Source: an uncultured archaeon
GTDB lineage: Archaea > Hadarchaeota > Hadarchaeia > Hadarchaeales > Hadarchaeaceae
Assembly: GCA_937921735.1 (NCBI GenBank)
Contig: CAKZTQ010000004.1
Location: 2,249 to 66,248 of the forward strand
Direction of reading: 5' to 3'
Length of the DNA stretch: 64,000 bases
Shown here: piece after piece, positions 7,858-15,370 of the stretch
Layout: every line of letters starts with the position of its first letter
Position numbering within the stretch: position 1 is the stretch's first letter
Program-made: the position numbers and the translations under genes
Notes under the pieces: generated by a model
Databases searched by the model: none
The model's input: only the letters and a program-made list of their open reading frames with translations
Told to the model about the DNA's origin: nothing

Positions 7858-9708
7858 ATGGGCTTACGGGGAAGCTCACGCGGGATTATAAAGGAGAAAA
7901 GAGGCGTCTCCGTAGTATTTGGCGCGATCATCGTCCTAGCGATCCTCCTTGTGGCTTCTTTTGCTTACATTGCGGCCTGGGTGCCGAGCGAAGGACATCA
8001 CCTAGAGCGCGAGCATGTGGAGGAGGTGGGGGACGCCTTTCTCGAGCTGAAATCCGCCGTCGACACCCTTGAGTTGCTCGCTTCGAGGAGTGTGGACGTA
8101 AAGATGGCCGCTGATCCCCTACCCATTTTCCAAGGTGCGAGGTCTGGGGGGCGCCTGTCGGTCGAGCCGGCCGGCGCCAAGTTCTTCTACGCCGAGAGCT
8201 TGAAGGTCGACAATACTACCTCAACCGGCTACCGGGACAAGCTCGTCTTGACCCTCACGCCCACCAAGCTCACGGACTACCTCATCATAGCCTCAGCCGA
8301 GGTCAGCAGGAGCGGTACGGCGAGGGCAAACGTTTGCTTGGAGATCAACGGCGTCGTCTATCAAGAGCTCGAGAACGCCGTGAAAAATCCCGGCGATTGG
8401 TACCCCTTCAACGGCTTAAAGAAAGTTAGGCTCTCAGGCCCCGCCACGATAAAAATCCGCTACAGGTCGACGGTCGCTGGTCAAGCGGCGCTCATAAGGA
8501 ACGCCCGCCTCGCGGTCTGGGCGATCGCCTGCGAATACGCTGAAAACGAGGCGGAGGCCTCGACCGTCGGCACAGAGGACAGGGTCACCTTGAGGTTCAC
8601 TCCGCTGCGGAGCGATAACTACCTTCTCATCGCCTCCGCGACGATAGTCAACAGTGGCTTGGTGAAGCTGCGGGTGAACGAGAACCTGTTTGCGGATGCC
8701 CAAAGGACGAGCACCACCAGTTCTACCTACACTTTCGGTGTAATCAAGAGGGTCTCCTTGGCGGGAGGCCAAGAGGCAAGGGTGGTGCTCCAGTACGAAA
8801 AGGGAAAGATCAAGCACGCCCACGTCGCGGCGATACCATTGAGCCAACTGTCGAACCATTATTACGCCGAGGTCGAAGGCGAGCTCTCGCAGGTGGTCAA
8901 CGCCTACTCGAGCCAAGCGGAGGAGCACTTGCTCCTCGGCACCGTGCACCTCAGGCTGCACCCAGTGCAACAGGTGGGCTGTAGGTTCTTGACCGATGGC
9001 GAGAACTCCCAGGACCCAGGTTTCGTGGGAGAGACCTCGTCCGACTGGGAGAGCTTCTTTGTGATGGATGAGAAGGCGCTGGGTGAGGGCGCTCACGTGG
9101 ATAAGCTGCAGTGCTGGGGCAAGGCGTCGTGGTCCGCGAAGTTCGGCAGGCTGATATCGCTGGAGGTCCCCTCCCTCCACCGCCTGCGCCACGGCCTCAT
9201 CCGTTTCGACGCGAACAACGCCTACTACGTCGACCAGAGCTGGATTTACGAGTTGGGCGCCGTCATCTTGGCGCAGGGCAATGCCAGCTTCATGGTCTCG
9301 AGGTTCGAGGACGTGGGCTTGGTCGTCGTCGATGACAAGGACATCTACGGCAATCCTTTGCCCGGCGACAACATCCGCGTAGAGGTCAACTTCATCAGGA
9401 TCAAGCGATTCGACGCTTCCATCAGCTCGACGGGCACCTCGACGATTTTGCTCGCGAGGGAGAACTCGCGCTACGAGGTAGAGAACGGCCCCCGCGAGAA
9501 CGTCGTCGTGAGGGTTAACTCGACGTACAGGAACGCTTGGGCTGAATACCTCTCCTGGCTCGCGCGCGAACTGAACGCCAAGGGCTACCTCGCGGGCTTC
9601 GATAACCGCGCGCTGAGACTCACCATTTTAGGTAAGAAGACATCACCAGGCGAGAACGACATCTACTACTACGAAAGGGTAACGGAGATAGAAGTGAGCT
9701 TGACATGA
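7858..9708 (+). CDS. Large minor pilin/adhesin, paralog of the upstream gene with a ~340-aa insertion
   Basis: EKRG/VSVVFGAIIVLAIL signal. N- and C-terminal parts align by eye with 7080..7853. The insert has three YAE-initiated repeats. Confidence 0.85.
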   Translation: MGLRGSSRGIIKEKRGVSVVFGAIIVLAILLVASFAYIAAWVPSEGHHLEREHVEEVGDAFLELKSAVDTLELLASRSVDVKMAADPLPIFQGARSGGRLSVEPAGAKFFYAESLKVDNTTSTGYRDKLVLTLTPTKLTDYLIIASAEVSRSGTARANVCLEINGVVYQELENAVKNPGDWYPFNGLKKVRLSGPATIKIRYRSTVAGQAALIRNARLAVWAIACEYAENEAEASTVGTEDRVTLRFTPLRSDNYLLIASATIVNSGLVKLRVNENLFADAQRTSTTSSTYTFGVIKRVSLAGGQEARVVLQYEKGKIKHAHVAAIPLSQLSNHYYAEVEGELSQVVNAYSSQAEEHLLLGTVHLRLHPVQQVGCRFLTDGENSQDPGFVGETSSDWESFFVMDEKALGEGAHVDKLQCWGKASWSAKFGRLISLEVPSLHRLRHGLIRFDANNAYYVDQSWIYELGAVILAQGNASFMVSRFEDVGLVVVDDKDIYGNPLPGDNIRVEVNFIRIKRFDASISSTGTSTILLARENSRYEVENGPRENVVVRVNSTYRNAWAEYLSWLARELNAKGYLAGFDNRALRLTILGKKTSPGENDIYYYERVTEIEVSLT

Positions 9709-9890
9709 TTGTGAGGGCCACGGTCGTGGAAATGCTTTTCTCCACTTTGGAGATTACCTGGCTGACGCCGTTGTCCCTAACGCATCCCGGCGCGATGTCT
9801 CTGCATTCGAAGGAGGTGAAATCCGCGCTTTGAGTAAGAGCATCTTTTACTACGAGAGGGTCAAGGGGATCAAGGCAGTCAGAGGTCCCA
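9705..9890 (+). pseudogene. Possible eroded duplicate of the pilin C-terminus
   Basis: One frame reads ...GNAFLHFGDYLA...SIFYYERVKGIKAV, compared with the pilin's RNAWAEYLS...DIYYYERVTEIEVS. An ATGA-coupled start (MIVRAT...) at 9705 is in a different frame. Confidence 0.3.
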
Positions 9891-10854
9891 TCGAGATGCC
9901 CCTTCTGAGGGCCCGCAGGAAATCTTTAAACTTCTCGGCCCTAACTACGCCTCCCGCCGCAGCTGGGTGTCCTCCACCCGAGCCACCTATGCTCGCCGCG
10001 GCATCACCGATGAGCCTCCGCAAGTTTACCTCAGATCCCCTCGCCCTCCGGGCGCTAAGCCGGATGAAATCCCCATCTAGGAAGGTCGCGATCCCCACCT
10101 CGGCGTCCGTCACCTGAACCACGTACGACGCGGCTTTTCCCGTCGCCATGAAGGGCACGTCGCTCACGATGGCGATGTTTTTAGCGATTTTTTTCACGTT
10201 TCTCTTGACGTATGACCTCAACATCATCTCCTGGGTCAAGCCCAGGTAAGCCCTGCCCAACAGGTCTCGGATGTCGGAGGGCCAAAGCCCGCTGGCGAGC
10301 CCGTTGACCACCTCCCTTCTGAAATAGTCGTCGCCCCTGCTAACGTCGAGGGCCTCCTCCAGCAAAAAAGTCTCCAAGTACACAGTCCTCCAATAATGCC
10401 TAGACATCAACCTACGCATGGTGGGCGTGTCCTGTTGATAGTCTCCGATCGCACCCAGGAGGGCGATGTATTCCAACGATTCGGGGGGTTTGAAGTATTT
10501 CAAAGCAAGTTCGGAAGTGCAGATATCCGTTTCATGTACGAATGCGCTACAGCCAAGGCTCTTTCGGTTTATCCCTGGGGGAACGGGGTGATGATCGATG
10601 TAGATGATTTCGCGTGACTTCGCCAGCTCCCGAAAAAGGTTCCTTATCTCCTCCTTCTCCACCGCGTCTATCCCTAAGTCCAAGATGATGATCGTCTTCC
10701 AGTTCGGGGGCAGCGCCCGCAGCCTTGACAGGAGGGTGAAGGGCTCCTCGAATTCCACATCGGCTTTCGGATAAGCGATCTTGGCCAAGGCAGCGGAGCA
10801 AATACCATCGACATCTCTATGCGTGACAATCCCCACACCCATTTTTGCGTTCAC
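9850..10854 (-). CDS. DHH/DHHA1 family phosphoesterase
   Basis: THRDVDG, ILDLG, IDHH, GAIGD and C-terminal GGGHPAAAG motifs. Start taken at GTG 10854 (alternative ATG 10842). Confidence 0.9.
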   Translation of the reverse strand: MNAKMGVGIVTHRDVDGICSAALAKIAYPKADVEFEEPFTLLSRLRALPPNWKTIIILDLGIDAVEKEEIRNLFRELAKSREIIYIDHHPVPPGINRKSLGCSAFVHETDICTSELALKYFKPPESLEYIALLGAIGDYQQDTPTMRRLMSRHYWRTVYLETFLLEEALDVSRGDDYFRREVVNGLASGLWPSDIRDLLGRAYLGLTQEMMLRSYVKRNVKKIAKNIAIVSDVPFMATGKAASYVVQVTDAEVGIATFLDGDFIRLSARRARGSEVNLRRLIGDAAASIGGSGGGHPAAAGGVVRAEKFKDFLRALRRGISMGPLTALIPLTLS

Positions 10855-10965
10855 CCCCCTCACAGCACATAAAACAACGATGTTTAAAAGTTTGTTGATC
10901 ATTTGACATCAAAAGGCGATTTTTGATAAAAAAACGTGCAAAAAAATACAAAATCGCCAACAACA

Positions 10966-12192
10966 TCAGCTGCGGCCGATCAGGCAAATGGTTACCGTCT
11001 GGTTTCGATGGCCCACCGGCCCGCCTTCGGTGAAGCCCTGTTCTCCATACGTGTAAAAGCCGACCATCGGGGCATCCCCTATCACCTTTCGCAGCTCCCT
11101 GAGCTCCTCCCTCGCGCCCTCCGGCCCGAGGAGCTTATAGCGAGCCACGCAGTTGAACACTATCGCGGCTTCGACCTCCCGCGGTTTGCCGCATTTCTCC
11201 ATCGCCTCCGACGCAGCGTCTACAGCAGCCTTTATGAGGTCCTCCCTGCGCCCATCCATCAGCCTGAGCGCCACTCCCTCGGGCACCCTTGAGAAGAAGG
11301 AAATGCTCCCATCCTTCAGTAGGGCTTGGGGATGCCTGAGCCAGATCTCGCCCGATAGGTCTGGCATGCCCAGGGGATTGCTCAGGCCCTTCTCCCACGC
11401 GAGGACCCCCTCCTGCAGGTCCTCAAAGCTGATCTTGAGCATCTCGGCGTACACCTCGGCGGCCGGCCTATGGTTAAGTTTCTCCACCACCCGTCCCGAC
11501 GATTTGGTGACCAAGGCCAGCCTATCGAGGGGACGCCACCCGTGCTTGCTGCTAAAACCCACGGGGTTGTTCGTCGCCACCAAAGCACACGCCACGGAGT
11601 CGGTGAAGGCGCCGTCGGTGCAGAACTGGTAGGTCCGCTTGAGCTTGAGGTCGTCGCCGGCGGAGCCCCCCACGATCGGGAAGAACCCTCCCAGCACATC
11701 CTTCATGCCCTCGATGACCTCCTCTTCCTGCCCTGAGAGCCCATCCGGGAACATCAACACGAAGAAGGGCACGTGGCCGCGTCGCTTGGCCCCGAGGCCC
11801 GGGGAGGTAAGGTAAAGCGCCGGATATCCGAGGTCCCTGATCGCCGAGGAAGCGGCCTCCCTCCCCGCCTCCCTGGGCTTCTTCTTCACGTTCTTGCCTA
11901 ACCCTATGCCAGCCCTCGCGATGTCGGCGGAGATCACCATCACCGCCACCGATCCCTCCAGCGGGCCGGCCGGGGTTATCTCCCCCGCGGTGGTACATCC
12001 TGCGAGGGGCACAGGGCCCAGCACCGCCTTCACGCCCTCTAGGAGTTTTTTGGGGTTGTACCTAGAGGACGAGAAGACCAAGCACAAGCCCACGGGCCGA
12101 CCGGAGGTCGCCTTTATGGCTTTAGACGCGGCTTCCTTTCCCGCCGCGAAGGGATCCCTGAGCTGGCTGACGCCGACCCCAGCCGACCTCAA
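10966..12192 (-). CDS. Stand-alone FIST (FIST_N + FIST_C) sensory protein
   Basis: LAGCTTAGEI, GGSAGDD, HGWRP, FNCVAR and GFYTYGEQ motifs. Confidence 0.92.
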   Translation of the reverse strand: MRSAGVGVSQLRDPFAAGKEAASKAIKATSGRPVGLCLVFSSSRYNPKKLLEGVKAVLGPVPLAGCTTAGEITPAGPLEGSVAVMVISADIARAGIGLGKNVKKKPREAGREAASSAIRDLGYPALYLTSPGLGAKRRGHVPFFVLMFPDGLSGQEEEVIEGMKDVLGGFFPIVGGSAGDDLKLKRTYQFCTDGAFTDSVACALVATNNPVGFSSKHGWRPLDRLALVTKSSGRVVEKLNHRPAAEVYAEMLKISFEDLQEGVLAWEKGLSNPLGMPDLSGEIWLRHPQALLKDGSISFFSRVPEGVALRLMDGRREDLIKAAVDAASEAMEKCGKPREVEAAIVFNCVARYKLLGPEGAREELRELRKVIGDAPMVGFYTYGEQGFTEGGPVGHRNQTVTICLIGRS

Positions 12193-12252
12193 TCGTTCAC
12201 CTCTAGCTCCTTTTTCGATGGCATCGCTTTTTAGTCTTTTGAATCGGTAGCG

Positions 12253-13158
12253 CTACCTGCGTAGCCCCTCGATCGCCTCGGGTCTTACGATGAACAGGCC
12301 CGTCGAGCTGGTGATGTTCACCTCAAACCTTGAGAGCGCATCCGGGCGGGTCGAGAGCAGTCCATAGAACTTCCTAAAGCACAGCGACCTTCTCCTCTGG
12401 ATGGGCCCCGCCCTTTCCCACTCGAACGCCAGCACGCCGTCCGCGCACGAGGCGATCTCCTCCTCCATGCGCTTGTCGAACAGGTTCGTCGTCAGGTCGG
12501 TGTAGATGAGACCTCCCCAAGCCTTAGACGCCCGCTGGAGCCCCCGCAGAAACAGCATGAACTCGTACTGCCTGGCCTCGGTGTCGGAGTAGAGCCTAGC
12601 GAGGTCGGTCAGGCTATGTAGGAAGATCACGTTGCCCTTCGCGTGGGCGGAGAGGAAGTCCGCGAGGGACTTCAGGGCCCCCTTGGGCTTCCCCACCGGC
12701 CCGCCGACCGTCATCTTGAGACCGGCCAGGGCCTCGGCCAGCGAGCTGAGCTTCTCCCTCCTCCTTTCGGCTGCCCACTCCTCCGACACCCACTCGAGGG
12801 GGACGGGGGAGGTCATGAAGTAATCCTTTGAGAGGTCGGCGAACTTCACCCTCTTTTCGAAGGGCTCATAGAGATCGCGGTCGAAGCTCATCATCACCTC
12901 GTTCATGAGGTCCGAAGGCGAGCGGGTCAGCGTGACCCACCAGAGCTCCTTCGGGAGGACGATGTTGGCCCCCCCAGGCGACGGCAGGCGACCAGCCTTT
13001 ATGGCGGCGAGCATTATGAGCGAGCTCATGGCAAACTCCGTGTTGCCCGAGCCTATCTCACCCATCAAAAGTACCAAGGAGCCCGCGGGGAAGCCGCCGC
13101 CCAAAAGCCCGTCGAGCGAGCTTATCCCGCTGGGGATCACTTTCAGCTTGCCGGTCAT
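12253..13158 (-). CDS. KaiC/RAD55-like RecA-fold protein with degenerate Walker motifs
   Basis: IPSGISSLDGLLGGGFPAGSLVLLMGEIGSGNT (Walker A Lys replaced by Asn); VIFLHSL (Walker B Asp replaced by His); ADGVLAFEW...RKFYG C-terminal motif. Confidence 0.85.
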   Translation of the reverse strand: MTGKLKVIPSGISSLDGLLGGGFPAGSLVLLMGEIGSGNTEFAMSSLIMLAAIKAGRLPSPGGANIVLPKELWWVTLTRSPSDLMNEVMMSFDRDLYEPFEKRVKFADLSKDYFMTSPVPLEWVSEEWAAERRREKLSSLAEALAGLKMTVGGPVGKPKGALKSLADFLSAHAKGNVIFLHSLTDLARLYSDTEARQYEFMLFLRGLQRASKAWGGLIYTDLTTNLFDKRMEEEIASCADGVLAFEWERAGPIQRRRSLCFRKFYGLLSTRPDALSRFEVNITSSTGLFIVRPEAIEGLRR

Positions 13159-13206
13159 ATCACCATCATCCTCCACTCCTTACGCGTTGGACCTTAAACC
13201 CGCCCG

Positions 13207-13932
13207 TCAGAGGGTGAGTTTGGCCGCGAGGCCGCGGAGCGCCCTCGAGGCGGGACTCTTCGGCTTGTGTACGACCACGGGCTTCCTCAACCTCACCGCC
13301 TCCCCCACCGCCGGGTCCTCGTCTATCGCGCCAAGCACTTGGACTTTGAGCTTCTCCTCGACGTTCACGTTCCTCGCGGACTTTCCTCCAAACAACCTGT
13401 TCAGCAGCGAGGTCCTCTTCACCCTGTTTACGATGGCCCCGCCCACTTTCGCCTCCATAACTTCGGCGACCGTCCTCAGTTTCGCCGCCGCTTCAACCGC
13501 TGTGGGGTCGGGCGTCACCAACAGCAGGATCTCGTCCGCCGCCCGCAACGGGGCGAGGCTATACTTGTTCAAGCCCGGGGGGGCATCTATGAGGATGTAA
13601 TCGTAGCCCTTAACTAGCCCCTCCACTACGTCCTCGAGCTTGTTGGGGTCCGCGCTCAGGAAGCCACCTATTGAAGGGCCCGAGGGCATGACGTCTATGC
13701 CATGCGCGGAGTAGATGGCCTTCTCGGCGTTCACCTTCCCCCCGAGCACCTCGTGTAGCGTGACGTAGGTCTCGGCCAGCCCCATGACCGTGGCTATGCC
13801 ACCCATAGCGAGGTCGGCGTCGATGACAAGGGTTTTCTTGCCCATTTGCCCTAGGCAAACCCCCAAATTCGCGGTGGCGGTGGTCTTCCCGACACCACCC
13901 TTCCCTGAAGTTATGGTGTAAACTTTGGACAT
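13207..13932 (-). CDS. minD: MinD/ParA family ATPase
   Basis: Deviant Walker A SGKGGVGKTT, VIDADL, YILIDAPPG, VTPD, IVNRV motifs. Confidence 0.9.
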   Translation of the reverse strand: MSKVYTITSGKGGVGKTTATANLGVCLGQMGKKTLVIDADLAMGGIATVMGLAETYVTLHEVLGGKVNAEKAIYSAHGIDVMPSGPSIGGFLSADPNKLEDVVEGLVKGYDYILIDAPPGLNKYSLAPLRAADEILLLVTPDPTAVEAAAKLRTVAEVMEAKVGGAIVNRVKRTSLLNRLFGGKSARNVNVEEKLKVQVLGAIDEDPAVGEAVRLRKPVVVHKPKSPASRALRGLAAKLTL

Positions 13933-13965
13933 GTGAGACAGTTAAATAGTTGAATACATTTGTAT

Positions 13966-15141
13966 TTAAGCCATCCGCGGGCCGCGCGAGCGAAGCTCCT
14001 CCACCGCCTGCCTTATGCGCTCCACGGCTAGCTTGATGTTCTCCTGCGTGTTCGCGTACGAGATGCGGAGGTGTCCCTCGCCGTGGCGGCCGAAGGCCGT
14101 GCCGGGGGAGGTCACCACCTTTGCCCGCTCGAAGAGATAGTTGGCCAGCTCCTCAGAGTTCAGGCCAAGCCCATCCACACTGGGGAAAGCGTAGAAGGCG
14201 CCCTGCGGCGTCGGGCATTCGAAGCCCTCGATGGAGTTCAGGAGCCTTACCACCAGCCTGCGGCGCCTGTCGAACTCCTCCACCATCTCTCGCACGAAGT
14301 CCTGGGGTCCACGAAGCGCCTCCAGCGCGGCCCATTGCGCCGGCGTGTTCGTCGACGAGGTCACGTTTTGGTGCACCTTGAACATGGCCCGCATCAGCTC
14401 CTTGGGCGCGCAGATGTAGCCCACCCTCCAGCCGGTCATGGCGTACGTCTTTGAAAAGCCGTTCACGAGGATGACGCGCTCCGTTGCCCCCAGCGCGGGT
14501 AGGCAGACGTGCTCGAGGCCATCGTACACGAACTTCTCGTAAATCTCGTCGGATATAACGAGTAGGTCATGCTCGCCGGCGATGTCGAGGATCTCGTGCA
14601 GCGGTCGCTCGGGCATCACGGCGCCAGTAGGGTTGCTGGGGAAGTTCAGCATCACCATCTTCGTGCGCTCGGTGATAGCCCGCTCCACCTCCTCCGGCCG
14701 CATCCAGAAGTCGGGCCCGCTCACGGGCACGCTCACCGGTCGTCCGCCGGCTATCCTGACAGCCGGGGCATAGGTTATGTAGCCCGGGTCCGGAACTAGC
14801 ACCTCGTCGCCGGGCTCGAGGAAGGCGGCGAGGGCGCAGAAGATCGCCTCGGTGCAGCCCACCACCACCATTATTTCTTCCTCCGGGTCATAGTCGAGGC
14901 CATACTCGTTCGAGTAGCGCTCGGCTATGGCTTGTCGGAGCTCGAGGATGCCAGCGTTTGGGGAGTAGTGCGTCCTGCCCTCGTCCAGCGCCCGCTTGGC
15001 CGCCTCGCATATATGTGGGGGCGTGGCCATGTCGGGCTCGCCCACGCCCAGGCTTATGACATCGGGGCTGCCCGTGGCGAGGTCGAACAGGCGCCTCACG
15101 AAGGAGGGCTGGATCTCTCGCAGACGTGTAGCCTCCCGCAT
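13966..15141 (-). CDS. PLP-dependent class I/II aminotransferase (aspartate aminotransferase-like)
   Basis: LGVGEPD, NFPSNPTG, SDEIY, SKTYAMTGWRVGY motifs. Confidence 0.93.
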   Translation of the reverse strand: MREATRLREIQPSFVRRLFDLATGSPDVISLGVGEPDMATPPHICEAAKRALDEGRTHYSPNAGILELRQAIAERYSNEYGLDYDPEEEIMVVVGCTEAIFCALAAFLEPGDEVLVPDPGYITYAPAVRIAGGRPVSVPVSGPDFWMRPEEVERAITERTKMVMLNFPSNPTGAVMPERPLHEILDIAGEHDLLVISDEIYEKFVYDGLEHVCLPALGATERVILVNGFSKTYAMTGWRVGYICAPKELMRAMFKVHQNVTSSTNTPAQWAALEALRGPQDFVREMVEEFDRRRRLVVRLLNSIEGFECPTPQGAFYAFPSVDGLGLNSEELANYLFERAKVVTSPGTAFGRHGEGHLRISYANTQENIKLAVERIRQAVEELRSRGPRMA

Positions 15142-15214
15142 TTCAAACCCGCCATCAAAGGGACGCGCAAGCGCTTAAAGTTTTTGCGACCTAGGTTTTT
15201 GGCGCGCGCCATCG

Positions 15215-15296
15215 TCGGGCCTCAGCACCGGCTTATACATCATCACTTTGGGTTTCCTGTCAAGGAATCAGCGAGACATTTTACATATTCATTCAA
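15215..15296 (-). ncRNA. Candidate box C/D guide sRNA
   Basis: Minus strand: TGAATGA (imperfect C) ... CTGA (15268-15271), TTCCT-TGAC-AGGAA hairpin, GTGATGA (15240-15246), 14 nt, CTGA (15222-15225). Intergenic. Confidence 0.35.
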
Positions 15297-15370
15297 TGAC
15301 CGACAAACTCGAGATCCTCGATCCCGCTTGGAGCTTGTCGTCTCCTTGACGAGCTCTATCTAAAAATTTC

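Noticed and set aside
9830-10117. 95-aa ORF with a strong AGGAGGTGA RBS
   Set aside because: Mostly antisense to the DHH gene; only its first ~15 codons look meaningful, and these are treated under the possible pilin remnant.
10915-10958. GGCGATTTT-N26-AAAATCGCC inverted repeat
   Set aside because: Best explained as part of the T-rich terminator after the FIST gene; single copy, not MITE-like.
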